NCBI GenBank assembly: GCA_951406725.2
Contig: OX597815.1
Span: forward strand, 28,954,001 to 29,018,000
Direction of reading: 5' to 3'
Length of the DNA: 64,000 nucleotides
Source: Octopus vulgaris
Lineage: Eukaryota
The notes beneath the pieces are model-generated. The model was not told the origin of the DNA. It saw nothing but the letters and a program-made list of their open reading frames with translations, and made no database searches. Below are positions 26,681 to 39,970 of the stretch, in pieces (position 1 is the stretch's first letter; the number at the start of each line of letters is the position of its first letter). The position numbers and the translations under genes were made by a program.

Positions 26681-27095
26681 CTAGCAGTATAGCCCGGCGT
26701 TGCTCAAGTTTGTTTTCTTTTCGACCCTTTTGAATTGGAATTTTCGAAAAGTAAAAGTTTGCATTATGTAGCTTGTTATTCTCTTTAAGTGAACATTTTT
26801 CTGGTTGAAATACACCGAAAATTGGCGACACAGCAGTAAAAAAATCGTTAAAAAATAGGGATTTTCATAGAAAAAAAGGACATTTTTTATGTAAATAATT
26901 TTTGGTCTTAACATGGTCCGATTTGAACTTTTTTCTCCTATGGAATGAAGAGCAAGCCTTCTTCTATCATACTCTCAATTTTGGTCAACTTGCGCCGCAG
27001 GGTCTTGGAGGAGATAGTGTTAGTTGAAGGCTACCAAACCTGCCAGAAATACACACACACAGACAACTTCAGCTTTATGTATGTATATATATATA
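26681..27095 (-). mobile_element. Non-autonomous Helitron, second copy
   Basis: Collinear with 19097-19479; CTAG end at 26681; 5' end lost in (TA)n. Confidence 0.85.
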
Positions 27096-27300
27096 TACTT
27101 ATATTAAGGGCATTACTATACATAAATGCCTCACGCTAGGGGGGACTCTTAAAGTCAAAACTACCATAATAAATAAACACATTGTACCGAACTCGAGGGA
27201 ATGCAACTCTCGATGCAATGTGTTTATTTATTATGGTAGTTTTGACTTGAGTCCCTTCTAGTGTGAGGCATTTATGTATTGTAATGCCCTTAATATAAGC
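27096..27300. repeat. Fold-back inverted repeat (~90-bp arms)
   Basis: CTTATATTAAGGGCATTAC...AAACACATTG is mirrored by CAATGTGTTT...GTAATGCCCTTAATATAAG. Confidence 0.85.
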
Positions 27301-27489
27301 AAATATATTTAAGAGGAATAATTGATCGATTTTTCCCTTATGAGGTTTTTCTCGCTAATTACTCGATAAATTTTTATAGAGATTTTATCTTATTTTTCAG
27401 TTGTATACATACATACACAGTCAGACAGACAGACAGACAGGCTAATAACTTGCATACAAAGAAGTATTTCTTATTGTCAGTCACATAGG

Positions 27490-28045
27490 ATTCAATATAC
27501 TTCCCAATGTTCTCCTTTGGTCACGTATTCAGGGTTCTTTGTATTAAGAAACAGACCGACATTAGCTGTATGATTCTCAAGAGATATTAACAAGTCTTGC
27601 GCATTACACAATTGATGCACAACGTTGGCAAGGTCAGAGAAACATACGCTCGTTCTGCTGATGTCATGGCAAATGTAACAAGCAGTTTTCTCTGTGGAAC
27701 CGAAAACTGGACTATGAAGAAGGAGCTCTGATTTTATGCATACCACATTTGACATGATGGCTCAAAGTATTTCAATATGTGAGCACACGACCAAATAAGA
27801 TTTATGACCACATTTCAAACGCAGGGTAGGCTTTTCTGGCATCTGTCATCGTGGTGGATAATAGACATATCAAATGTTATATTCTGGACAGTTCCGCACC
27901 CTAATAGAGAATGACGACCACTTAAGTACATTGATTTCATTGATAGAAACACCCAATATGAAATTGAAGATCTGCCGACGCTAGCTGGGGTGGGCAGAGA
28001 TTCCAGGCGTAGCCCTGTGAAACGCATCTTGGTTGTCTCCACAAT
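27490..28045 (+). mobile_element. Very decayed non-LTR retroelement C-terminal fragment (RTE-like)
   Basis: Remnants CGTENWT and RPLKYID resemble RTE-type motifs YG.E.W and GRP...Y.D. Confidence 0.4.
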
Positions 28046-28315
28046 TACTACTACGCTTCCGGTTTATAGTATTTCTTACTTTTAAAATATGTCATTGACA
28101 CTCCAATCACACCCAATGAGCTGATATTTTACTTTCACTGTTCGTTTTTTTTTTTCCTCCTGATTCATGGGTTGAGGCCTTGTATACACTGTCATGCTTG
28201 TAGACGTCATGCAAATCCTGTACTCTCACCGAAACTCCTTGAATATCCAATTAAGTGCCTATCTCTTGAGGTTGTAGGATCGAAGCAAACTTCATATACA
28301 CACATACACTCACAC

Positions 28316-28369
<54 letters not shown>

Positions 28370-28435
28370 CTGGAGTAAACGCATAAATGTGAAACAAGGT
28401 GGAAAAAAGAGTACTCAAATACCAGTGGTAGAGTA

Positions 28436-28527
28436 ATATGCTTTATTTAAAGCAGCGGAAAATTCAACAAAACCTGTTGAAACTCAGAGTAACAGGTTTT
28501 GTTGAATTTTCCACTGCTTTAAATAAA

Positions 28528-28532
<5 letters not shown>
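28436..28532. repeat. Fold-back hairpin with an HHR 3' half (GAAACTCAGAGTA) at its apex
   Basis: CTTTATTTAAAGCAG.GGAAAATTCAACAAAACCTGTT is mirrored; same stem III as 11917-11929. Confidence 0.8.
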
Positions 28533-28591
<59 letters not shown>

Positions 28592-28593
<2 letters not shown>

Positions 28594-28815
28594 TATTTCT
28601 TTACTGCCCACAAGGGGCTAAACACAGAGGGGACAAACAAGGACAGACAAACGGATTAAGTCAATTATATCGACCCCAGTGCGTAACTGTTACTTATTTA
28701 ATCGACCCCGAAAGGATGAAAGGCAAAATCAACCTCGGCGGAATTTGAACTCAGAACGTAGCGGCAGACGAAATACGAAGCATTTCGCCCGGCGTGCTAA
28801 CGATTCTGCCAGCTA
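28592..28815 (-). mobile_element. SINE B
   Basis: Reverse complement of the family consensus seen in this window. Confidence 0.88.
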
Positions 28816-28974
28816 CTCTCGGTTTAACGAACCCTGGCTTATCAGAATTTGGATATCACGCACCGGACAAATAAGAATACAATTCAGATAAATGTTTTTA
28901 AAAGTTTAAATTTTATTCAAGTGAAGTAGTGAAGTTGTGATGATCTGAAGTTATAAATGTTTGATATTTATAAT

Positions 28975-29150
28975 AGATCGTTAGCCACTACACACATTTT
29001 TTTCTCTCCTTGTTTTTTCTGTGTTCCTTTCTGTGGAAGAGCGTAGGCTCGAAACGTAAAAGATTTTTTCTATTCCTGAGCTTTATACTAATACATCTGT
29101 TTGTTTTGTACACCACCTGTCTTTTGTCTTTTTCGTCAACTCTCCCTATA
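28975..29150 (+). mobile_element. ~190-bp HHR-containing element, copy 1 (solo pLTR or retrozyme-like)
   Basis: cttt-CTGTGGA-A-GAGC gtag GCTC-GAAA-CG-TA-aaag at 29027-29062; copies at 37820 and 57910. Confidence 0.75.
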
Positions 29151-29601
29151 TATATATACGTGTGTGTGTAGAGAGGGGGAGGGGGGAAAGAGAAAGATGG
29201 AGAAGAGGAAATATAGGAAAGTTAAACTACTGATATACTGCTGAAAAAAAAAATAGATTGAGTGGTTGTTGACAATGTCGCAATTTAACCGCAGATTGGC
29301 CTTTATCAGGCAAACCTATGATCAAGAATAACCCAGCCATATTTTAGAGATGTATGTAAGTAAATTATCCAAAGTGCTCTTTGATTTTTCAAGAAAGTTG
29401 TGCTTTGGAGATTTATTGCTCACTAGGCGACCTCACAGGTCTCCCTCGATGGCTCGATACTAAGAGATTAAATAGAACTGGGGTGGCTTTAAAGGCGTAG
29501 GGAACGAAGACAATGTTTTGAAAACCTAAGAGCGGTAGAAAGTGTGTATGTAGCAGTTTACATACAAGTAAGTGAACTCATACATATTTGTAGATGCCGG
29601 A

Positions 29602-29642
<41 letters not shown>

Positions 29643-30094
29643 CGCGTGCGCGCGCCGATGGAACCACGACCATTTCAATTCTGCATTTCGGTCTCACTTT
29701 GCATCAAACCAAATTGCAGCTAGATCATATAGAATGAGTGCTTGTGATTTCCAAATTATGGTATCAGTTTTCTTAAGTCGTGCAATTTCTATATAATTCA
29801 AAATAGCACCAAGTACTAGAGAGATTTGAAAAAATGGGGGAAAAAAACGTTGAACATAAACGTAGGACAAAAATAGAGCTAATTGGTAAATTAAAATGAG
29901 GCGTTTCAGGTCGCACGTGCTTGTAAAATTTACAGCGTAAAATTCAGTTTTTGATATAAGTAATTAATTAATGGCCAAATTGTGACAAGTCTTCGTTAGA
30001 ATGAGTTTCAACAATGGAGATTGGCAAGATAAGAATTTAAAACCAAGCCTTAATATGTTCAACAAAGATCCAGTGGCATTAGTTCACGAAGTTA

Positions 30095-30516
30095 AGACGG
30101 CGAGCTGGCAGAATCGTTAGCATCCCGGTCGAAATGTTTAGCGGCACTTTGTCTACACGTTCTGAGTTCAAATGACGCCGGGGTTGATTTTGCCTTTCAT
30201 CCTTTCGGGGTCGATAAATTAAGTACCAGTTTTGCACTGGGGTCGATGTAATCGACTTAATCCCTTTGTCTGTCCTTGTTTGTCCCCTCTATGTTTAGCC
30301 CCTTGTGGACAATAAAAAAATTAGAATGGTTAGCACGCCGGTCAAAATGTTTAGCGGCACTTTGTCTACACGTTCTGAGTTCAAATGCCGCCGGGGTCGA
30401 TTTTGCCTTTCATCCTTTCAGGGTTGATAAATTAAGTACCAGTTACACACTGGGATCAATGTAATCGATTGGTCCCCTACCCCAAAATTTTAGGCCTTGT
30501 ACCTATAGTAGTAAGG
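30095..30516 (+). mobile_element. Tandem SINE B dimer with two different tails
   Basis: Flanked by ATTA(G/A)TTCACGAAGT at 30078-30092 and 30517-30531. Confidence 0.8.
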
Positions 30517-33164
30517 ATTAATTCACGAAGTCTTGAGTTGAAATCTATGAAGATTTTAACTAAGACTTCGTGTATAAATACCAGTAGAGCCTTGTTGAAC
30601 ATACTCTTTTAGGCTTTTATCGTGAAACTTTTAGAAAACACAAAGGATTAGACAAGTAATAAATGGCTGCAACTTGTTTTCAAAGAAGACATAGCATTAT
30701 GAACAAGAATACTTGTTGCGAACGTTCAAGTACAGCAATTCACATGTTGTGGCTGTTTAGAAAATTTACAAGCGATCTTATAGACACAGGCATGGCTGTA
30801 AAGTTCAGAAGCTGGCTTTGCAATCATGCGATTTCAGATTCATTCGTTCTCACTGCACGGCACCTTCTACTCTCGCTCCAGGCCAACCAAAGCCTTGAGA
30901 GTGGAATTGGCATATATTATATATATATGATTAATATTATACGTAATATATACGTTATATGGTGATAGAAATGTTTTTCGATGTAAATCAAGAGTACCAC
31001 CTCTCTACGTATCACATGAGGATCATAGATAATTTTGTTGTCACTTAACCATCAAAGTATGTGTGTACGTGTGTGTGTGTGCATGCGTACTTGTGTTATC
31101 TGACCTAATGCCAAAGAAAGGAGTCAGCTATATCTAACCCAATGATTTGAATAAGAATCCGCAATAATGAAAGAAAGTGCTAACTCGATGGCCGTCAAAA
31201 GACATAAATGAAAGAAAAAGAGTAGTAGCAGTATGCTCGAAGGATTGTGATATATGAAAAGCTTCTAACAAAGCGAAAGTATAATGTATAATTTTGGGTA
31301 TCATGTCCAGGTGTGTTGCTCGAAATATAAAGTAGTAGATTATACATTGTTTCATATTGTAAAGAAGTTTTCTGTTAAATTCTGTATACTTAAATTCGGT
31401 TTGTAGCCAAGTTAATTTTAATTCGGAAGTCGAATTACGGCAAGTTTGTATGAGTTTTTAATAGGAAAAGCAGCGAAATAGAGTAAGCAAAATATTTTGA
31501 AAACCCTTCGAAAATAGCTCTCTAATGGTCCCAAAACCAGTTATGATGCGGATCGTGATCAAGAGAAAGAAAATGCTTCTCAATCTAAAGTTATTCGTTT
31601 TTTCGATAAATCCTTGTCTTGTGTTAAAAATAGAGCTTCAGGAATAAAATATCTACGTAGCAGTGGAATTCCAGCATTTTTATGGTTAGTTAACTAGGCA
31701 ATTACTTAAAAGACGTGCCACCTAAATACGTTTCTGCTCCTATCGACCAATGTAATTGAATTTCATAGCCAATAAATCAAACGGCATTACCATAAGAACT
31801 ATAAACACATTTATTATAATTAAATGACAGCTAGAATCCCTTTTTTCCTTTGTATAAACATATATACTTTTTTTTCTTGGTTCCAAATTTCTCATACAAG
31901 AAGAGTGTGAATTCAACTGGCTCGATTCCAGTTTATTTTGAGGAAGATAGAAAAGCATAGGGGATCCCGCGAGATTTGAAGTTAGAAACAAGAGACAACA
32001 AATTGTATCAGCTATAAGGTTCTAGAGTAACAAGAATTGCTATTATACTACGATCTAATATTTCCTCGTGTGTTCCCTTAATAACTTAGAAGTCTAAACT
32101 TGCCTCATCTGTGTAATCTTACAGAAAACAAAAGCCTCTAAGTTCGAAAAGGGAATCTTCTAAATAACCGTAAAGTGTAACAGGAAGCTGAAGGGAAGTA
32201 TTCGGTAGTCAATTTGATATTTCACCCGGTTATATCAAAATGATTAGAAACCTATGGGGTCTCCATGTTTTTAGTTGCGTATTTAATGTACATCGACATT
32301 TCCCCTTTGGTGAAAGGGGAGATAGTTTTTGTAACTGGAAACTACTGTGAGACTTTTATTTGATGTTAATTCAGCAATAGGTAAAGACTAATTAAAGGTC
32401 AATAAAAGTCGTGAGAACCAACGCCTTATTGCTTACACAATCAATCCAACAGGTTTCACATTACAGACACTTTTTAAAGTCGCCAAGTTCTCATTTTACA
32501 TTACATACCTACATCTTAGATTAAACGGATATCAATCAGGAGACTTATTCTCAAATAACAAAGAAAAATTAAATAATAAAGAATATAAAAAAGAAATGAA
32601 AAGGGGCGAGAAATAATATCCTGTAAATAAAATATAAATATAATGAAGGATTACTTTAGGTCTTGATTAGTTTTAAATCCATCTTTGTTTTTGTTTGTTG
32701 TTCTTGTACTTGCTGCTATTATTTGTTTTTGTTTTTCCGCTTTTCTTGTTGCAAAAAACATGTAACTGAGAAATAGTAATAAAATGTAATGTTTTCACAG
32801 TTAAAAGTTTATCTGAGCTGCGAAGTATTTTAACGTAAAAATATGTGTCTGTGGGAACACTCTTCTATTAAGTATGTTGTTGTTATGATCTAGAAGGTAT
32901 CATTTATAGTATAAACGGTTATCCTATATTACAGTAGTACCTCGATATTGTAATCTTACTGAAGTGATTACTTTTAAGAGAATATCAAATGAAGTAATCC
33001 ATCGTTGGACCCCCTGGAGTTAATGATTAATTAAAGAGTTTTGTATAATTAGAGTTGTGATTGGCTCAGATTTAACTGTTGGCCTCAAAAGACCAACAGT
33101 AAAGGTAAGTAATAAAGCATAATAACCCAAAATAACTTGGTGTCTATAATATTTGTCTGCCAAA

Positions 33165-33392
33165 AAGACGGTAAGCTGTCAGAATCGTTAGCAACCTGGG
33201 AAAAATTTCTAAGGCGGCGAGTTGGCAGAATCGTTAGTACGCCAAGGAAATGCTTAGCGGCATTTCGTCCGTCTTTACGTTCTGAGTTCAACTGTCGCCG
33301 GGGTTGACTTTGCTTTGAGCACTGAGGTCGATTTAATCGACTTATCAACCTCCTCTGAAATTGCTGACCTTGTGCCAAAATTTGAAACCAAC
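33165..33392 (+). mobile_element. SINE B, duplicated head and internal deletion
   Basis: CAGAATCGTTAG occurs twice; tail GACCTTGTGCCAAAATTTGAAACC. Confidence 0.7.
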
Positions 33393-33560
33393 ATTTGTCT
33401 ACGAAAAAAACATATATATATAAATGGAAAAGAAACGGAGTCACTAATTATGTTGGGAGTCCTAAAGTCGGTAACACATTTTATGAGTAACATTCGTAAT
33501 ACACATTTTATAGAATGTTAATGACAAAATTTATAGGGAATGCTTCAAATGACAACTCAC

Positions 33561-33989
33561 GGATCTTTTCGGTTTGAACGGCAGTTTTTAACATAATTTC
33601 TAGGTAACTAAAAAAATTTTAACTTCGTATACTAGTAGAATGTGTTTATAAAACATCTTTTTCTCCTGGCTTTATTGAGAAAATTCTATGGTTTGTAAGA
33701 TATTTGTTGTTTATTTTTTCTTCAATTTCTGCAATTTCAACCAATCAATGACGTCCATTGAGGTAAAAACATTCTGTGCCGTATGAATATGTCCCTCGTT
33801 TAAGAAACAGATTGGGTTTATTTACATTTGTGAAGAAAAAAAAAGATACCCTTTACCCCTCCCTAACCCTAATTAACCCTAACCCTAAAACAGATTGAAA
33901 TGCAATAGATCGATACTAAGGTCATAATTATGAGTGACAATTTCATATGACACCGCTAGAAAAAACTGCCGTTCAAACCGAAAAGATCC
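33561..33989 (-). mobile_element. TTAGGG-bearing MITE copy 2
   Basis: Same TIRs; TSD CAACTCAC on both sides; CCCTAA repeats on +. Confidence 0.92.
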
Positions 33990-34592
33990 CAACTCACTTC
34001 ACTGCGAAAATAAGCTTTTTTAAATTGTCTGATCAAAAAAGTAAAATCGATAATTCCAAATCCAGTATAGCAACACTAACAGCAGCGAAGTTGTATAACA
34101 ATACGTACTGTAAATCTTAACTAAAAAAAAAACCTTAATAAATAGGTCCTACGATCCAATCCCGTAGGCGTTTACTCTAAAATATAAACCAGCAGAGATA
34201 TGAGAACACAATCATTATTTTGTTTTATTGTTTTTGCTTTTTTTTTGTTGCTGGTGGGGGTGGAGGAGGGTGGGGGGGGGGGCAAAGAAAGTACCGAAAC
34301 TCAGTGGGTGTTCGAAATCGTAAGTTTACCTTCGCTTAAAATTTACTGCAACTCGGTATTAATATTTTTCTGATTCGTTCTCCCTGTGTGCGGTATATGT
34401 GCTATATAAACATACAGTCGCACGTTTATCTGTGGTTGAATGTTTATATATTTATGTAGTTTCTTTCTCCGGTTCTTTAATGAGGTTTAAACAACTATGG
34501 TTCTGGCCGAGCAAGAGCACTATGTGATATGTTTTGTTCTGTTTTGATTTATTCGGTACAGTAGGAAGGACTATGTTTTCATAACTTATTTC

Positions 34593-35038
34593 GGTTCTTT
34601 TCGGTTTGAACGGCAGTTTTTTTTCTAGCGGTGTCATGAAATTGTCACCCATAATTATGACCCTAGTATCGATCTATTGCATTTCAATCTATTTTAGGGT
34701 TAGGGTTAGTTAGGGTTAGGGTTAAGGTTAGTTAGGGTTAGGGGTGGGGGAAGGTATCTTTTTTTCTTCACAAATGTAAATAAACCCAATCTGTTTCCTA
34801 AACGAGGGACATATTCACACGGCACAGAATATTTTTTACCTCAATAGACGTATTTGATTGGTTGAAATTGCAGAAATTGAAGAAAAAAACAACAAATATC
34901 TTACAAACTATAGAATTTTCTCAATAAAGCCAAGAGAAAAAGATGTTTTATAAACACATTCTACCAGTGTACGAAGTTTAACATTTTTTAGTTACCTAGA
35001 AATTATGTTAAAAACTACCGTTCAAACCGAAAAGATCC
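34593..35038 (+). mobile_element. TTAGGG-bearing MITE copy 3
   Basis: TSD CTTATTTC/CTTATTTT; longest telomeric tract, ~34693-34750. Confidence 0.92.
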
Positions 35039-35802
35039 CTTATTTTAGAGGACAGAGAATTTTACATGAAAGTTTAGGCTCCACCTACAAGGAAATTATA
35101 ATATAAAGAATCGTCTCACCTTAAGAAATGTTAATTGGTTGCGTGTCGTCTCTTTTGCTAATTAGTTAACTCTGATGGTTCCTGTCGTTACAGTAGCTTT
35201 AGTATGTAAACCCAAGCGGTTAGTGTTTAGTTCCGAGTGAAGACTTAATACAGATCCATACGTCATGGATGCTGCTAATGATGCTGATTTCACGAAAGTA
35301 ACAGAGAGAATGATGTATCTAGGGGTATTTCTGGCAGCGATTTATTCCATGGTGATGCGTTGAACAAAACTTTAGAATTTGAACTACGTAGACACTGTTT
35401 CAAAATGGTATGCTTCTTAATCCTAATGAAGGAAATTCAGCTGCTATAGAAATTCCGTCATGCTATAGTTAGTTATAAATTGCTGCTGTTGATAATTCCA
35501 TTTAATTCTGATAAAGCATATTTTTGATCAATGGTATCCCAGTCACAAAAGGCCCTACTTTTTTCATATATATGTATCTAAAACCACAGCATTCATTTTG
35601 CCAGTGGAAGGATAACTTCGTCAAGCAGTGAGTGCTTTCGTAAAAAGGCTGCTCCAATTTGTTAATGTGTAGTTATCTATGTACAGAGATTTTAAATTTC
35701 ACTCATTGCTTGACGGACGTTATTCACCACCAAGTAAGTTCTCGGTGACGATAGAAGATTATGGTGCGGTTTTCATTCCCAACTCAAAATCATTGAATAT
35801 AT

Positions 35803-36095
35803 CTTTTCTTTCTCTGCGCCCTTTTCAAGCCTAGTCAGGCCCATGGGTCCGGTTTCCCGATTTCTGTGGCGTATGTGTTCCCCCCAGCTGGACGGGACGC
35901 CAGTCCATCGCAGCGTTATTCAAGAAACAGGAAGAGAGAGTGAGAGAAAGTTGGGGCGAAAGAGTACAACAGGGGTCGCCACCACCCCTGCCGGAGCCTT
36001 GTGGAGCTTTAGGTGTTTTTGCTCAGTAAACACACACAACGCCCGGTCTGGGAATCGAAACCACGATCCTCCGACCGCGAGTCCGCTGCGCTAAC
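35803..36095 (-). mobile_element. SINE family D (tRNA-derived, V-domain-like)
   Basis: Minus strand GGTTAGCGCAGCGGACTCG...GGTTTCGATTCCC head and CTGCGATGGACTGGCGTCCCGTCCAG motif; direct repeat CATTGAATATAT at 35791 and 36096. Confidence 0.75.
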
Positions 36096-36797
36096 CATTG
36101 AATATATATTGTGACTGTACTGATTATACATTTTCCATAACGTTCACACCATCATTTTACATGACTCAGAGTTGACTATGATTAGATCAGCCTAGGAAAA
36201 GAGGTGGTGTACGGTGGTTTAAGGCATTCTCAAATGCTTTTGCAAGTTAAATGAAGCAAAATATCTACAAACACGCGCTTAGATTACAAACAGGGCTTAT
36301 CTTATATGAAATAATATGCTTATGTTTGTATAAAACTGTAGCGGAGCTGGTTCTGAGTTGGGATAGGACTTAGGGGAAAAATTCGTACACGATTTATAAG
36401 CAACTCACTACCACATCCGGCCCACAGGCACGTCGTCTCCATTCACACTACTACTACTACCACCACCACCACCACCACCACTACTACTACTACTTCTTTT
36501 AAGCACGACTCCCACTCCCACCGAGTAAACACTATCTACCTGTACATGCGTGGTGCCCTTTGGATGACCATAACTAAAAAGAGAGGTAACTATCTCCTCA
36601 CAGCTTGAGACGGGATTAGGAATTTAATTTGAAATCACAGAAGAAGAAAAGGATATCAGTAATAACATAAAACTGTGACGTATAAAAGCTAAGCTAAATC
36701 CGCTGTCGTTAATGGAGATAATCTAAACTGTATTCTTCCATAATAGTCATTTTGTCGTAACACCATTTGAGACAAGTTTTATCTGAGGCATCTAGAC

Positions 36798-37124
36798 CAG
36801 AGATTCGTAACCATTTTTTTTTTTTATCTATGTACCCCTTTGATTACTATTTTATTCTGGTGGACCCCTATAGCTATTCTATGTATAAAAACTAGTTTTA
36901 TAGAAACTTCTTTCAAAATTCCTATTTTACTTTTCATACAATAAACTTCTGTAGGTTGAACTATGTAAAATATTAGAGTTGGCTGTTTCTTGCAAAAGCA
37001 AAAATTTTTTCAGGGGCCCTTAAAATACTATTGTGAATCTCCCCTTTATTATTTAGTTGCGTGGACCCCAAAATATCTGATATGGACCCTCAGGGACCAT
37101 ATGGAGCCCTGTTGAGAACCACTG
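36798..37124. mobile_element. hAT (Charlie-like) MITE
   Basis: CAGAGATTCGTAAC...GTTGAGAACCACTG ends; 8-bp TSD ATCTAGAC on both sides. Confidence 0.85.
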
Positions 37125-37381
37125 ATCTAGACGACCACTAAGTTGATATGACTATACTGTGTGGTGGATAGAAACTGACAAGGCTAGATATTGTGTATGG
37201 AAACTGAATATCGGGGTGAACTTAGTCGTAGATTGAAGAATAAATCATTCCAAACGAGGTGGAGGGGGAGAAAGATGAGGATACCGATGGTAGCGGATGA
37301 AGTGGGGAGTAATTGAAGGAAGAGAAAGTAAAAGTGAACAAGCATACTCACATACACATATATACATACACATACACACAC

Positions 37382-37412
<31 letters not shown>

Positions 37413-37436
37413 TGTATGTATGTATGTATGTATGTA

Positions 37437-37483
<47 letters not shown>

Positions 37484-37663
37484 GTGTGTGTGTGCCTCTT
37501 TCCCTTTTCAATTTTAGAGTAAGTTTTGACTGGCCACCTACTTGGTAGCAAGATTGTGAAGTAAAGTATCTTCTTTTAATTGTCAACAACTAAATCTTAA
37601 GAAAATCTTGCAGACTTTAATACTTCCTGGTATCGTGATCGCTAAGGATTTGCATTCTTTCCA

Positions 37664-37823
37664 TGTATGTATGTATGTATGTATGTATGTATGTATGTAT
37701 GTATGTAGGTAGGTAGGTAGGTAGGTAGGTAGGTAGGTAGGTAGGTAGGTAGGTAGGTAGGTAGGTAAGTAGGTAGGTAGGTAGGTAGGTAGGTTGGTAG
37801 GTAGGTAGGTAGGTAGGTAGGTA
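37664..37823. repeat. Compound microsatellite (TATG)n(TAGG)n, one of dozens of SSR tracts in the window
   Basis: Read directly from the sequence. Confidence 0.95.
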
Positions 37824-38012
37824 GCCACTACACATTTTTGTCTCTCCTTGTTTCTCTCGTTTTTTCTGTGTCCCTTTCTGTAGAAGAGCGTAGGCTCGAA
37901 ACGTAAAAGACTTTTTTTCTATTCCTGAGCGTTATATTAATACAACTGCTCGTTTTGTACACCACCTGTCTTCGTCTTTTCTTGTTTTTTTTTCGTAAAC
38001 TCTTCCCCTATA
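37820..38012 (+). mobile_element. ~190-bp HHR-containing element, copy 2
   Basis: cttt-CTGTAGA-A-GAGC gtag GCTC-GAAA-CG-TA-aaag at 37874-37909. Confidence 0.75.
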
Positions 38013-38377
38013 TATGAATGTATAATAGAAGAAAAGGATAGATAGGCAAACAACAGGTATCAAGTCAGATTATGACATATTGATACAACGTATAAATAGA
38101 AACATGCATAAAGACGTATAAATAGCATTGGGAGAGTAGAGGTCCCATTATGGGAAATACTTAATAGTTGCGATGTGAACAAGCAGATTCCAGATTCCAG
38201 GAAGAGGCAGTAGAGTTGATATCATATAGTTTGGTGGGTAGAAGAAAGTTATCACAGGCAAAACCGTATATATGAAAGAATAAGTGTGCAGATTGTCCAT
38301 TACAGTAGCTTCAAGAATAATTACGTAATTGGTGCGGTTCTGTGCTTGCAGCCTGCATCCAAAGTTTTGATGCCACC

Positions 38378-38415
<38 letters not shown>

Positions 38416-38702
38416 GTAAAAATATACACATACGCGGGTACCATGGATATAAACAGCAGGCCGACCAACTATATGCATATATTCTCCGTCACATTGCCTA
38501 CACTCTCCCTTGTCATTTCATTTATCTATTTATCACTCTCTTTCTTTCATCTTTCTCTCTCTCTTTCTCCTTCCATCTCCCTCTCTCACTCTCTGTCCTT
38601 CTTTCGCTCTATGTATCTCAGTATTTGATTCACACTATATGTAAGGGAAGGAAAGCAAGCAAGCAAGCAAGCAAGCAAGGAAGGAAGGAAGGAAGGAAGG
38701 AA

Positions 38703-38788
<86 letters not shown>

Positions 38789-39364
38789 AACAGAAGATAT
38801 CTTGGTTCATCGTGTTCGTCCGTTTAGAATCCAATGAAGATAACTGCAACCATATGGCATCTCAACAGGGGAATCATCCAAACAGGGAACCAGAGAATCA
38901 CATCTTACTACACTCCATCCTCCATGCATCTGAAGCTTAGGCAGTGGCAGTATTTCATTGTCGCAAATGTGTGGTACACTCCGCTGCTGCAATGAAAAGT
39001 CAACCGTTTGTTACTTCAAAAGGTTTCAGCCACCGGTAATCAATGATGACTGTAGCTGGTTAACAAGGGGTGCAGTCACGTGGAAGGTGGCTGAGAACTG
39101 CGGTTGCTCTGGCTCGTATTATCCTATCTGTTGTTCTGAAAGGGGAACTGACGGCATTTCCTAATTGCATATGTACGAATATGTGAAATGTCCCAATTAC
39201 CACAACAAGACTATTTTACTCTTAATAGATGTCTGTGCTACACAGTCTTTCTTGTTGGAGACAGTTGCTAGAGTAGCGAAAGGTTTTCTGGGGAGTAGTT
39301 TTGTTGGGTTTTTTTTTTAAGTGAGAAAGAGCTGTGGGCTCATCAGACTTCGAAATTTCCCCAA

Positions 39365-39410
39365 GACACCTGATAAAGGCTGGAGGGTATATCAGCCGAA
39401 ACGTTGTGTT
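39365..39410 (+). ncRNA. Minimal type I hammerhead-like motif (C3/A8 mismatch)
   Basis: gacac-CTGATAA-A-GGCTG gagggtatat CAGCC-GAAA-CG-TT-gtgtt. Confidence 0.7.
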
Positions 39411-39754
39411 AACAACAAACAAGATGAGGGCAAATATCCGTCAAATGTAAATAATGTAAATAATGTACATAATTCCTCATCTCTTAAATATAGAACTGCA
39501 TCAGTTCGTTTTCGTTAACTAAATATTATAATACATATGTACACATTTATGCCTATATACCTACACGGGTTTGCAGGATCTCCAGGACCAGTGTTCAACT
39601 GTTTAACTCCGTATATAATGCTGAATCGACTAGATCTGTTCAGTCTAAGAGACGCGGATGTGGTTCTTAATTAGTTTGGCACGATCTATCTGATCTTCTC
39701 TGTATTACTCTGCATGTGTGTGTGTGTGCGTGCGCGCGTGTGTGTGTGTGTGTG

Positions 39755-39950
39755 TATGTGTCCAATCATCGCTTGACAACCGGTGTTGGTGTGTTTACAT
39801 CTCTGTAACTTAGCCGTTCGGCAAAAGATTCCAAAAGAATAAGTACAAGGCTTTAAAAAGTAAGTCCCGAGGTCGATTGTTTGACAAAAACCCTTCAAGG
39901 CGGTGCACCAGCATAGCTGCAGTCAACTAACTGAAACAAATAAAAGAAGA
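39755..39950 (+). mobile_element. SINE A 3' half, diverged
   Basis: CATCGCTTGACAACCGGTG...CAGCATAGCTGCAGTC. Confidence 0.75.
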
Positions 39951-39970
39951 AAAGAATATATATTTATATA

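Noticed and set aside
34693-34750. True telomere or chromosome fusion site
   Set aside because: TTAGGG tracts are short and always internal to the same TSD-flanked MITE
38958-39164. Cys-rich ORF with Kazal-like CGCSGSYYPICC
   Set aside because: Lacks the DG.TY.N.C continuation and convincing splice sites; more likely a decayed retroelement 3' end on the minus strand
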